Origin: Patescibacteria group bacterium
Lineage (GTDB): Bacteria; Patescibacteriota; Minisyncoccia; Phycocordibacterales; UBA9973
DNA length: 64,000 bases
Assembly: GCA_038063915.1 (NCBI GenBank)
Contig: JBBTUE010000005.1
Coordinates: 10,547 to 74,546, forward strand
Direction of reading: 5' to 3'
Part shown: one piece after another, positions 29,753-38,959 of the stretch
Layout: every line of letters starts with the position of its first letter
How positions within the stretch are numbered: position 1 is the first letter of the stretch
Made by a program: the position numbers and the translations under genes
Notes under the pieces: generated by a model
The model's database searches: none
The model's input: the letters and a program-made list of their open reading frames with translations, nothing else
What the model was told of the DNA's origin: nothing

Positions 29753-29886
29753 GGGCTTGTGTTTTGAGGAGTTCTTTATGGTATAATTGATGGGTAACAT
29801 AAAAGATCGCAATCATTGTCTGCCGGTCGGGAAGCCAATGAACAATTATTATAAAAGTCGTTTATTATTTAATTTTTAGTTTATTT

Positions 29887-30243
29887 ATGAAGAAAATCAT
29901 TGCATTTGGTGCGGTTCTAGGCTCTCTCCCATTTGTTGCTTTTGCTGCAGATGCGTTTAGTATTCTTACTGTCGTTAACAAGATTTTAGCTACTATTATC
30001 CCAATCTTGATAACCCTCGCAGTTGTCTACTTTATCTGGGGTATTATTCAGTACACTCTCTCAACAGATGAAGAGGCAAAAAAGAAGGCTCGTACAAAGA
30101 TCATCAACGGTCTTATAGGTCTATTCGTCATCATTGCATTCTGGGGTATTATCCGACTCGTAACAAATACTTTTGGAGTCGGCCCTGAACAACTAAATCA
30201 AAACGCAATCCCTTGTATTCCTGGTCCTGGAGTAGTCTGCTAA
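29887..30243 (+). CDS. VirB2-like pilin (candidate major subunit)
   Basis: FIWGIIQY...DEEAKKKAR..II.GLIGLFVI.AFWGII; own promoter and long leader. Confidence 0.8.
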   Translation: MKKIIAFGAVLGSLPFVAFAADAFSILTVVNKILATIIPILITLAVVYFIWGIIQYTLSTDEEAKKKARTKIINGLIGLFVIIAFWGIIRLVTNTFGVGPEQLNQNAIPCIPGPGVVC

Positions 30244-30258
30244 TACATACTGCCTAAT

Positions 30259-31641
30259 ATGGAATTCCTTCCACACGCAGAAGCAAGTGCGAGGACTCTC
30301 GTAGAGAGTATTGATAGGGTTATTATTAACCCTATCATATTCTTTTTATTTGCAGCTGCGATGGCCTACTTCTTATATGGAGTGGTGCAATATTTGCTTT
30401 CTCCGGGCAATGAAGAGGTTAAAAAAACTAGTAAATCGCATATGCTCTGGGGAGTAGTGGGGCTTTTCATTATGGTAGCTGTCTTTGGTATCGAGAAGCT
30501 TATCCTAAGCACTCTCGGTGATAATAAAATAAAAATCAATAATAATGGTGACTTTGTTATAAACGGAGGCGACGTTGCCGATAACGATGTTGCTGATAAT
30601 GAGAACACTAATAAGGATCTCTTTGGTGAAAATAAAGATGTCAGTCGGGATTTAAATGCTCCTGATTTAGCCCAAGTTGTATTTGATACAAGCCCATTTG
30701 CTACATACAAAGCAAATGCACTTTGTTGGAATGATGCAATCAAAGGTAAAGCCAATACTGAATACGAGGCTCTGACTTTAGCGAAAAATGACGCTAGGGC
30801 AAAATATTTAAAGGACACTGGAGTCTCAAAGACTGATGAGGCCAAGCTAGGCTACCCGGTGACATTTGCAACCAAGGTCCTCTATAACAAAAATGATAAA
30901 ACGTACTACGCATGGGTAGACACTAGGGCCCCAAAGGGGACCGGTACAATGTCCGACTGTAAGCTCGATATTTTAAAACCTGCTCCAGTTATTGTACAAT
31001 CTGCTTTTACTCTCGATGAGCTCAATCTCAGTACTACAATACTCAAGAGCACAATTACTGATTATACAAAGAGTCCATTCTTACAGAAATATGTGGCGAG
31101 CCCACTTTGTTGGCGGCCACCGACTGGCTTATATGATACTGCTACAACAGAGTATCAATCTCTACAAAAAGTGAAAGCAAAAGCAAGAGACCAATATGTA
31201 TCTTCCAATAATTTATCTGAGGCAACTACCCCTATAAATCTACCAACAATATATGGAGTGGTCACTGCTCTTGATAAGACTACCAAGCTGTACTATTCAT
31301 GGATAGATGCAAGAGGGCCGGTGGCCCCGGGTAAAGATAAAGATTGCAATTTGGATGAGGTACTTGAACCAGTAGCAGAGAGCAATAAACAAAATCCAAT
31401 AAGGGGGACTTATATATCTGATTTCCAGTATTATCGAGTGATGGCTTCTGGAATAGATCCTACTTATATTGGTGCAAGGAGTAGAGCTATACAAAATGCA
31501 CTGATAAAGATTGCCGTATTGAAGGGCGTGGGTAATACAAGTAAAATAGTATACACAGTATTACCAGAAGAAAAATACTATCCTCAAGATTCAATTACTG
31601 GCATGTATGATTATTGGGTAGTTGTAGAATCTCCGAGATAA
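30259..31641 (+). CDS. Pilin-domain protein with a large, internally repeated C-terminal region
   Basis: N-terminal FLYGVVQY...K.HMLWGVVGLFIM.AVFGI; two ~130-aa repeats with LCW and DC.LD. Confidence 0.75.
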   Translation: MEFLPHAEASARTLVESIDRVIINPIIFFLFAAAMAYFLYGVVQYLLSPGNEEVKKTSKSHMLWGVVGLFIMVAVFGIEKLILSTLGDNKIKINNNGDFVINGGDVADNDVADNENTNKDLFGENKDVSRDLNAPDLAQVVFDTSPFATYKANALCWNDAIKGKANTEYEALTLAKNDARAKYLKDTGVSKTDEAKLGYPVTFATKVLYNKNDKTYYAWVDTRAPKGTGTMSDCKLDILKPAPVIVQSAFTLDELNLSTTILKSTITDYTKSPFLQKYVASPLCWRPPTGLYDTATTEYQSLQKVKAKARDQYVSSNNLSEATTPINLPTIYGVVTALDKTTKLYYSWIDARGPVAPGKDKDCNLDEVLEPVAESNKQNPIRGTYISDFQYYRVMASGIDPTYIGARSRAIQNALIKIAVLKGVGNTSKIVYTVLPEEKYYPQDSITGMYDYWVVVESPR

Positions 31642-31659
31642 AATTATCCAGACATGAAA

Positions 31660-31685
31660 AAAGTGCCTCCTTGCGGGGGCACTTT
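31660..31685. terminator. Bidirectional terminator
   Basis: AAAGTGCCTCC-TTGC-GGGGGCACTTT between convergent genes. Confidence 0.7.
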
Positions 31686-31703
31686 AAATATTTATTTGCT
31701 ACT

Positions 31704-32705
31704 TCATTTTTTTTTGAGAATAGCTTCGATTCCTGCTAATAGCATTTTCCCTGTCGTTACATCAACTGAGAATTCTTTCTTCTCAGAACTTTCAGTTTTT
31801 GGCACAACCTTAAGGGAGTTCTGCGCAGCTCTTAACTGTGTGCCACTGCTGTAGCCGGGTAAAAGCTTTTTACCCATATCCTGAAGCCGTTTTGTCAATT
31901 TTTTTGCTTCTACGTCAAGGGCTTTCTGTTCAAGTGTAACGTAAGACTTTTTACCAAGAACTTTGTAGTAGTCTTCATCCAATTCGGTATCAGAGATTGT
32001 TATCTCGTCAACTACCTGATATGGATAGCGGTTCCTTACACAGAAGAGGTTTATTTCCTCTCTCATATCTTCCGCTAAGTCCTCAATGAATTGACCCTTG
32101 TCTTGGTCTAATTCTTCAGGCTTTGTTTGGCCAATTCTATCTAAAAGGAATTGCAATACAAACATTTCCATTCTATGTCTGACAGTAGCGGCACCGCCTT
32201 CGACGTCAAATAGTCTGTATATTTCAGTTGGGATAAGACGGGCCATCCACACTATATCTCTTACCAAAGCTTGAATACCCCGTGTTTTGGTCTGCATCTT
32301 TGGAGTTTCTTTTATTATAAACTCCAGTTCCTGCAAATCAGCTGCGATATTTGGTGCACCATTAACACTTATAGTCGCTTTTTCAAGTACGTCGTCAACT
32401 AAATTAAGTGCTCCAGATTCTACAACTCCTATTGGCCTGTTCGTGATATTATTGAACCTGCCCGTCTGAGTTTTATAGGGCACATTCTTTCCACTTCTAA
32501 TGAAGAAAATACAGAGAACAATAAGATAAACGAGTGGCCATATGCTGAAACTTTCAATACCAATGAGGTAGAGAAATATAATGGCGAAAAAAGCTGCTCC
32601 AGTCCCAGCAATTACAAAAGAAAGTCCAGGTTTAATCAGGTAACATGTTAACCATGTTACGACAAGGATCCAAAAGATCCACGTTGTGATGAGAATAACT
32701 GGCAT
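31704..32705 (-). CDS. Hypothetical membrane protein, possibly a divergent SPFH/Band-7 domain
   Basis: Three N-terminal TM helices, then a soluble region with SPFH-like layout and a coiled C-terminus. Confidence 0.55.
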   Translation of the reverse strand: MPVILITTWIFWILVVTWLTCYLIKPGLSFVIAGTGAAFFAIIFLYLIGIESFSIWPLVYLIVLCIFFIRSGKNVPYKTQTGRFNNITNRPIGVVESGALNLVDDVLEKATISVNGAPNIAADLQELEFIIKETPKMQTKTRGIQALVRDIVWMARLIPTEIYRLFDVEGGAATVRHRMEMFVLQFLLDRIGQTKPEELDQDKGQFIEDLAEDMREEINLFCVRNRYPYQVVDEITISDTELDEDYYKVLGKKSYVTLEQKALDVEAKKLTKRLQDMGKKLLPGYSSGTQLRAAQNSLKVVPKTESSEKKEFSVDVTTGKMLLAGIEAILKKK

Positions 32706-32727
32706 AGTTATTAATTTTTTTGGTGAA

Positions 32728-33216
32728 TTAATCGATTGTTTCTGAAAGAAGGACTGTAATGTGTCCAGAAGCCGAATTGCCTGTTGTTTTGAACATCAAT
32801 TCTGTACTCGCTTCTCCCTTAAGCAATTTTGAGATGTCTTGCCCCTTCTTGCCGCAGTATTCGTCTCCGTTTTTGTTTTTTACACAGTAAGGTACTGTGG
32901 ATTCAACAAGAGCGAAATCAAAACCGCTAGGTAGATAGGTCACATTGCTGTAGCTATCCGTGAAATCAACTCCCTTGGTGTGGCTATATGGAACACTTTT
33001 TTCAGTTCCTTTACTGTGTTTTCTGTCTGCACTTTTTTTGGGTTCTTTGTTATTGTTTATCCAGGCTATTGTTACTCCAGATAGAAGTACAAAGCTTAGG
33101 AAAAGAATAACAATCAACATTATTGGTTTTGACCTCGTTACTGGAGGTGTATGCATTACTGCTGCTGTTGTTGCCGTTCCAGTTGTTGCCGGAAGAGGGC
33201 GAGTTACTGTAGCCAT
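32728..33216 (-). CDS. Hypothetical single-TM protein
   Basis: Thr-rich N-terminus, TM helix, extracellular domain with two Cys. Confidence 0.6.
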   Translation of the reverse strand: MATVTRPLPATTGTATTAAVMHTPPVTRSKPIMLIVILFLSFVLLSGVTIAWINNNKEPKKSADRKHSKGTEKSVPYSHTKGVDFTDSYSNVTYLPSGFDFALVESTVPYCVKNKNGDEYCGKKGQDISKLLKGEASTELMFKTTGNSASGHITVLLSETID

Positions 33217-33468
33217 AGTTGTTATTTTTGTTTGTTTGATGTTTGAATTAATTTTTGTTTAAAGAATGACCTCAACCTCCTCCATAGAGAAGGGCATAGT
33301 CATTCTCTAAACAATTCACAAACAAGTTTTGTCAAAGATCCATCTCTCCCGTATATAGTAGCATAAATATAGAGAAAAGTCAAGCTAAAATGGCTTGATA
33401 AATAAGGGCAATATCCATAATATTATTGCTTTTTGAGTATAAAATGCTATACTCCTTATCATGTTTTT

Positions 33469-33540
33469 GGCCTTATCGTCTAACGGTTAGGACATCGGCT
33501 TTTCAAGCCGGTAATCCGGGTTCGATTCCCGGTAGGGTCA
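33469..33540 (+). tRNA. tRNA-Glu(TTC)
   Basis: GGCCTTA/TAGGGTC acceptor, TCGGC-TTTTCAA-GCCGG anticodon arm, GGTTCGATTCC; CCA not encoded. Confidence 0.93.
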
Positions 33541-33564
33541 CAAAGTGCGAAAGTTGTCAAGTTC

Positions 33565-33651
33565 GGAAGCGTGGCTGAGTGGTTGAAGGCACTGGTTTCG
33601 AAAACCAGCATGCGGGAGACTGCATCGTGAGTTCAAATCTCACCGCTTCCG
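33565..33651 (+). tRNA. tRNA-Ser(CGA)
   Basis: GGAAGCG/CGCTTCC acceptor, CTGGT-TTCGAAA-ACCAG, long variable arm; CCA not encoded. Confidence 0.94.
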
Positions 33652-33666
33652 CATTGAAAAATTTAT

Positions 33667-33742
33667 GCGCGGTTAGCTCAGTTGGTAGAGCGTCCCCTTG
33701 ACGTGGGGAAGGCCACAGGTTCGAATCCTGTATCGCGCACCA
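33667..33742 (+). tRNA. tRNA-Val(GAC)
   Basis: GCGCGGT acceptor, TCCCC-TTGACGT-GGGGA, GGTTCGAATCC, encoded CCA. Confidence 0.95.
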
Positions 33743-33767
33743 GAAAGTTATAAGTGACCACAAACAT

Positions 33768-34526
33768 ATGCAAAATACACAAATCATAATTCTAGCCGCA
33801 GGCAAAGGCAAAAGAATGGAATCCGATGATCCCAAAGCCCTAGCTCAACTTCGGGGTAAGCCATTTATTCAGCATATACTCGACACCCTCTCCTCTATTG
33901 GTTCAATTGATAAGCCAGTTATTGTCGTAGGTCATAAAAAAGAAAGAATCGTTGAGATTATTGGTGCTGACTATAAATATGCTCACCAAGTAGAGCAACT
34001 AGGTACAGGTCATGCAGTTTTATCAGCAAAAGATTCTGTTAACCCTATACATCATACAGTCTTGGTACTCTCGACTGATCAGGCATTGGTATCTAAAGAA
34101 ACAATTCAAAATATTATATCCACACATCACCAAAAGAGACCAGTCATTACAATAGGAACAGTTGTTTTACCAGATTTTAACGAATGGCGATCTGGACTAC
34201 TACATTTTGGTAGAATAATCCGTGACCAAGAAGGTAAAGTTCTAAAGAATGTTGAATATAAAGATGCAAATGAAGAGGAAAGAAAAATTCTAGAAGTAAA
34301 TCCAGCACTTTATGCATTTGATAGTGTGTGGCTCTGGGAGAATATAGATAAACTAAAGAATGAAAATGCACAAGGTGAGTACTACCTGACGGACCTCATA
34401 CGCCTTGCGCGTGAGCAAGGGAAGGATGTCGAAGCTGTACCGGTAGCTAATATTATTGAAGGCCTCCAACCAAATTCAAAGGCTGAACTCGAAGTCCTTG
34501 AGAAACTATTAGAGCAAACTGCTTAA
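33768..34526 (+). CDS. GlmU-like nucleotidyltransferase (N-terminal domain only)
   Basis: [28 protein letters not shown]; no left-handed beta-helix domain. Confidence 0.85.
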   Translation: MQNTQIIILAAGKGKRMESDDPKALAQLRGKPFIQHILDTLSSIGSIDKPVIVVGHKKERIVEIIGADYKYAHQVEQLGTGHAVLSAKDSVNPIHHTVLVLSTDQALVSKETIQNIISTHHQKRPVITIGTVVLPDFNEWRSGLLHFGRIIRDQEGKVLKNVEYKDANEEERKILEVNPALYAFDSVWLWENIDKLKNENAQGEYYLTDLIRLAREQGKDVEAVPVANIIEGLQPNSKAELEVLEKLLEQTA

Positions 34527-34542
34527 AAGTAAAGAGAACGGC

Positions 34543-34582
34543 ACTGCTCGTAATTCTCGCATATGCGAGAATTACGAGCAGT
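34543..34582. repeat. Perfect 40-bp palindrome between convergent genes
   Basis: ACTGCTCGTAATTCTCGCAT|ATGCGAGAATTACGAGCAGT. Confidence 0.9.
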
Positions 34583-34600
34583 CTAAATCTTTATTTATTA

Positions 34601-35527
34601 TTACTTATTCTTATGAAGCCAGATGTAGATATCTTCTAGCGCTTTTACGGCATCGCCAGAGGCGATATTGTTCTGATGGTATTTCCCATTTGTACAGTCG
34701 CCCGCGGCCCAGATACCAGCAGTCGTAGACATCTGCGTCATAGGGTCGACGACGATTTTACCGAACTGGTCAATCTCAACAATGCCTTTCATGAATTCTG
34801 TATTTGGTATCTGGCCAACTTCTACAAATATACCAGTCGTAGGTAGGGCATGCTCTTCACCAGATATTTTATCTTTATATGTTAGAGAAGTTACAAATTG
34901 GTCGCCATCGACTCGCAGTATCTCTGCATTAGTGACGACTTTGAATTTTGGGTTCTCAAGAATCCTCTTGACCGTTATCTCATCTGCTCGGAAATCTTTA
35001 CTTCTGTGTACCATTGTCACACTCTTACAATACGCCAAAAGTTGCGCAGCAGTTTCAAATCCCGCATTACCTCCACCGATAACTAGTACGTCTTGATCTG
35101 CAAAGAGTGGGCCATCACAAGATGCACAATAAGTGATACCCTTATGTTCAAATTTATCTGCGTTTTCCGCTTCAAGTTTTCTCCTACCACTACCAGTGGC
35201 TACGAGCAAGGCTCTAGATGTAAAACTTTTGCCCGATTCAGTATTTATTGTGATGACTCCATCTTCCTTTTTTGTGCTGATTACTTTTTCACCTTCGATT
35301 ATATCTAGGAACGGGCCTTTGTAGTAGAGTATGTGTTTCTTTAGATTAGCCCCAAGATCGGCTCCTGATATCTCAGGAGTACCTATCCAGTTATAGATCA
35401 GTGACGATACGACAGATTGACCACCAAATTCGGAGGTCAGAATAGCAGTTTTTAATTGTTTGCGAGCAGCGTAGACAGCTGCTGATGCCCCGGCTGGCCC
35501 GCCACCTAAAATAATTAAATCGTACAT
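34601..35527 (-). CDS. trxB: Thioredoxin reductase/AhpF-like FAD oxidoreductase
   Basis: MYDLIILGGGPAG, YCASCDG, GGGNAG, AAGD; start moved to ATG 35527. Confidence 0.88.
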   Translation of the reverse strand: MYDLIILGGGPAGASAAVYAARKQLKTAILTSEFGGQSVVSSLIYNWIGTPEISGADLGANLKKHILYYKGPFLDIIEGEKVISTKKEDGVITINTESGKSFTSRALLVATGSGRRKLEAENADKFEHKGITYCASCDGPLFADQDVLVIGGGNAGFETAAQLLAYCKSVTMVHRSKDFRADEITVKRILENPKFKVVTNAEILRVDGDQFVTSLTYKDKISGEEHALPTTGIFVEVGQIPNTEFMKGIVEIDQFGKIVVDPMTQMSTTAGIWAAGDCTNGKYHQNNIASGDAVKALEDIYIWLHKNK

Positions 35528-35556
35528 AATGACCCTATTGTAGTATAAATAATAAT

Positions 35557-35662
35557 AAAACCCAAGAAAACATATCTTCCGCGATTCGCACTCTAGCCTG
35601 AAAAACTTCAAGTCCTATCTGGTGGTAGCGCAGATCACTTCACATATGTTTTCTTGGGTTTT
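35557..35662. repeat. Intergenic stem-loop element with perfect 19-bp terminal inverted repeat
   Basis: AAAACCCAAGAAAACATAT ... ATATGTTTTCTTGGGTTTT. Confidence 0.8.
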
Positions 35663-35666
35663 CACA

Positions 35667-35785
35667 AAAAAATTCAAAATAGTCCTTGAGCAGGAACTTG
35701 CACAGGCTCGACTGGAGCTGAGCAGAGCAGAAAAATCAGCAGATTTTTACGCGTGTCCTGTGAGAGGAGCTACTTTGAATTTTTT
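35667..35785. repeat. Intergenic multi-stem element homologous to both mnmA insertions
   Basis: Outer inverted repeat AAAAAATTCAAAATAG/CTACTTTGAATTTTTT; core GAACTTGCACAGGCTCGACTGGAGCTGAGCAGAG; AGTCCTTGA...TGAGAGGAGCT module. Confidence 0.85.
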
Positions 35786-35791
35786 CAGTAT

Positions 35792-36952
35792 CTATTTCTT
35801 TCTTCGAAGGAATGCTGGAACAGTGCTCCAGTCGTCTGTGTCGTCTATAAATAGGTCATCTTCTTTTTCGTTCTTTTTAATATAATCTTTGCCAGTCTCT
35901 TTTGATACAGCTTGGACGATGTCTTCCTTCGTAGCATTAGCAATAGTTTGCTCACCAGCGCGAGCTTGAGCTTGGAATAGTGAGCGCCTTGGCATGTCAG
36001 TAGGGAAGCCAGTGGCGATAACAGTGACTTTCATCTCACCTTTCTTGAGCTTCTCGTCGCGAATAGTTCCAAATATTACTTTTGCTTCTTTGTCTATTGA
36101 TTCTGTTATTATTTTTGCGGCTTCACTTATCTCATGGATTGTCAGATCATCTCCACCAGAGATTGCAAAGAGTACTCCTTTAGCGCCAGAAATTGAAAGG
36201 TCAAGCAGTGGAGAGTTTATAGCCATAAGAGCTGCTTTCTCAGCACGTCCTTCACCTGATGCAATACCTACACCCATCAGTGCACTTCCTGCATCGTGCA
36301 TGACCGCTCTGATATCTGCAAAGTCTACATTGACCATACCAGGGGTAGTGATAAGCTCAGAGATACCTTCAACAGCTTGCTTGAGAACTTCATCACACAT
36401 AGCAAAAGCCTCCCTGAAGCCGACATCCTTACCAGAAATTATTATTAGTCTATCGTTTGGTATTACAAGTATTGCATCTACTTCACGCTCAAGTAAAGCC
36501 AAACCTTCATCGGCCAATTTCATGCGTTGATTACCTTCAAATGAGAATGGTTTGGTAACTACGGCGACAGTTAGAATTCCTTGTTCCTTTGCAGCTTGAG
36601 CAACAATAGGCGCAGCACCTGTACCTGTACCACCACCCATACCACAAGCGATGAATACCATATCAGCACCCTTGATGACATCTTGGATTTCTGCTTTTGT
36701 TTCTTCTGCGGCACGTTTACCGATTTCTGGGTTCATACCAGCACCTAGACCTTTTGTAAGATTTTTACCAAGATGAACTTTCTTTTCAGCAAAAGAATTG
36801 TGCAAGTCCTGCGTATCGGTGTTCATCGAAATGAATTCAACTCCCTTAACTTTTGAGCTGATCATGTGATTGAGTGCATTTTTACCTGAGCCACCAATCC
36901 CTATAACTTTAATTCTAGCGAATGATTCAATGTCTGGATTAATTTTAGCCAT
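35792..36952 (-). CDS. ftsZ: Cell division protein FtsZ
   Basis: GMGGGTGTG, NVDFAD, C-terminal VPAFLRR. Confidence 0.98.
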   Translation of the reverse strand: MAKINPDIESFARIKVIGIGGSGKNALNHMISSKVKGVEFISMNTDTQDLHNSFAEKKVHLGKNLTKGLGAGMNPEIGKRAAEETKAEIQDVIKGADMVFIACGMGGGTGTGAAPIVAQAAKEQGILTVAVVTKPFSFEGNQRMKLADEGLALLEREVDAILVIPNDRLIIISGKDVGFREAFAMCDEVLKQAVEGISELITTPGMVNVDFADIRAVMHDAGSALMGVGIASGEGRAEKAALMAINSPLLDLSISGAKGVLFAISGGDDLTIHEISEAAKIITESIDKEAKVIFGTIRDEKLKKGEMKVTVIATGFPTDMPRRSLFQAQARAGEQTIANATKEDIVQAVSKETGKDYIKKNEKEDDLFIDDTDDWSTVPAFLRRKK

Positions 36953-37058
36953 ATATTATATAGGTTAATTACGTACGTTAATAATCTCATCTACGTAAAT
37001 ACATAATAGCAGAAATTATTAAAAAGGCTAGGTTCGCCATTTTTGACAAAACTAACTT

Positions 37059-38234
37059 TTATGGTAAAAGTTGAGACAAAAGAGATTTGAAAAATCCTTT
37101 CACTTGGTTCACGTTATCACCGATTGAGTGTTCTCTATTATTATTTACAGATCCATCGGTCGCGGAGAGTGCAAGTCCAAACGCTGTATACCAAGAAAAA
37201 TCTCTAATTTTTAATTTACTATTTATTGATCCATCTATCGGTCCGACACGGCAGGGAAGCTTGAGCTGAGCGCGAGCCAGCTCTTCAATGCGATTAATAT
37301 GAGAACCACCACCAGTGATAATAACTCCAGCTGGTAGTAATTCGTAACGGCGCTGACGTTTTAGGTGGTTACCAACTAGTTCAAATATATCAGAGAGGCG
37401 AGCCTCTATTATCTCATCTACTTTTTTCTTTGGGTAGTCGCCGCCGATGACAGAACCAAGTTTTAGACTTTCTGCTTCCTCTAGTGCGATACGGAATCCG
37501 AGCGCGACATCCTTTGTAATATCCATACTACCGATAGAGAACACTTGGAGCGACATAAGTAGGCTATTTTCAAACACTGCTATTGATACTGTCTCTGCTC
37601 CTATGTCTATAAGGGCGCAACCCGCCGCCTTTTGTTTGTGATTGAGTAGTATCATAGCACTTGCAAGTGGTGAAGCCACTACGTCCTCGACTTCGATTCC
37701 AGCAAGACCAAGCGCAGTGATGAGGTCTTCGATATTTTGCTTCAGGCAAGTGATAAAAAGCGTCTTTACTTCAAGCTTTACACCCTTCATCCCTTCAGGC
37801 CTCCCGTGCAAATCCTTGCCATCGAGCTTGTAGCCTACGGGAATCATATGGATTATTTTTTTATTTAAAATTTCTAGGTTTTCCTCAGAGTCGGCAAGAG
37901 CCTTTGAAATATCCAGATGAGTCACTTCCTGATCTGCGCGAGAAATGATAACCTGACCGTTTGATACTATTGACCCAAGACTAATACCGCCGATGGAAAC
38001 ACAAGCTCGCTTGATCTTATAACCCAAAGTTTTCTCGGCTTGAGCCACGGCGTCCTTTATACTTTTTGTAACGTGATCGATATTAGTGATATAGCCAAGA
38101 CGCATACCCATGGTACTTGCGAGTCCTGTCGCTAGTAAGTAGGGAGTCTTATCTTCTTTTGCGTAGCCCATAACCACGACCCGCGTCGTATGCGTGCCTA
38201 CATCTATACCACATGTGTAATTAGTTCGTGCCAT
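37059..38234 (-). CDS. ftsA: Cell division protein FtsA
   Basis: GIDVGT, LIDIGAET, EIIEARL, ITGGGS, C-terminal amphipathic helix; upstream of ftsZ. Confidence 0.95.
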   Translation of the reverse strand: MARTNYTCGIDVGTHTTRVVVMGYAKEDKTPYLLATGLASTMGMRLGYITNIDHVTKSIKDAVAQAEKTLGYKIKRACVSIGGISLGSIVSNGQVIISRADQEVTHLDISKALADSEENLEILNKKIIHMIPVGYKLDGKDLHGRPEGMKGVKLEVKTLFITCLKQNIEDLITALGLAGIEVEDVVASPLASAMILLNHKQKAAGCALIDIGAETVSIAVFENSLLMSLQVFSIGSMDITKDVALGFRIALEEAESLKLGSVIGGDYPKKKVDEIIEARLSDIFELVGNHLKRQRRYELLPAGVIITGGGSHINRIEELARAQLKLPCRVGPIDGSINSKLKIRDFSWYTAFGLALSATDGSVNNNREHSIGDNVNQVKGFFKSLLSQLLP

Positions 38235-38255
38235 TAGAAATTTTAGAGAGAATAT

Positions 38256-38669
38256 CTAAGAGAACATCTTTAGATATTTCTTCTCCAGTCTCTCCATTGT
38301 ACTACTATGTTTGAATCCTTTCAAATGTAGACAACCGTGGATAAATAGGTATTTTAAGAATTTTGAATAAGTCATGTCGAAGTCCGGCGCTTCTTTTCTG
38401 ACCAGAGCCAAATCGAAAGTAATTTCACCAGAAATTTTAGATAACGGGAAAGAGAGGACATTAGTCGTATTGTCTTTACCTCGATACTTTTTATTTATTT
38501 TCTTTTGCTCGGTAGGGGAGAGAAAACTAATAGATAAATCGTATTTAGCCCCGAGTATTTTATTTTTAATTAAAGCAAAAGGCACTCCGACCGGAGTCGA
38601 AGTACCTTTTGCTTTGTTCACAGTAGTAACTAGGTCCTTGCCTGCCATATTTTTATCTACGCCCTCCAC
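38256..38669 (-). CDS. ybeY: rRNA maturation RNase YbeY
   Basis: NKKYRGKD.TTNVLSF, IHGCLHLKGFKH. Confidence 0.92.
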   Translation of the reverse strand: MEGVDKNMAGKDLVTTVNKAKGTSTPVGVPFALIKNKILGAKYDLSISFLSPTEQKKINKKYRGKDNTTNVLSFPLSKISGEITFDLALVRKEAPDFDMTYSKFLKYLFIHGCLHLKGFKHSSTMERLEKKYLKMFS

Positions 38670-38904
38670 GCTTTACGATAACTTGAGCTTTACCGAGCTT
38701 GAGTAGCTTCTCGTGGTTTTTCCTGCGAGCCAATCTTTTGAGTGTAGCTTGCTTTGTCTTCAACTTCGATAGATCACGCTCGTTGTAGCGTTTGCTTTTG
38801 ACTTTCTGGATTATGCCAGTCTCTTGAACCTTGCGCGAAAAACGGCGAATCAAGTTCATGTTGCTTTCGTTTGTATTTTTCTTTACTTCTATAACAGTTA
38901 TCAT
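38653..38904 (-). CDS. rpsU: 30S ribosomal protein S21
   Basis: EVKKNTNES...LIRRFSRKVQETGI, basic C-terminus. Confidence 0.8.
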   Translation of the reverse strand: MITVIEVKKNTNESNMNLIRRFSRKVQETGIIQKVKSKRYNERDLSKLKTKQATLKRLARRKNHEKLLKLGKAQVIVKRGGRR

Positions 38905-38959
38905 ATGTAGGCCCTATAGTATCATATCTTCCTCCCCGAGGCAAGAAACTGACTCTAAT

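Noticed and set aside
33557-33835. 92-aa minus-strand ORF
   Set aside because: Antisense to tRNA-Ser, tRNA-Val and the start of the nucleotidyltransferase gene.
35667-35785. Known self-cleaving ribozyme (hammerhead or HDV-like)
   Set aside because: I could not find the CUGANGA/GAAA core or an HDV-type nested pseudoknot by eye on either strand; an Rfam search is still needed.
35528-35885. trxB N-terminal extension and ORF 35622-35885
   Set aside because: Both run through non-coding stem-loop elements; the TrxB fold begins at MYDLIILGGG.
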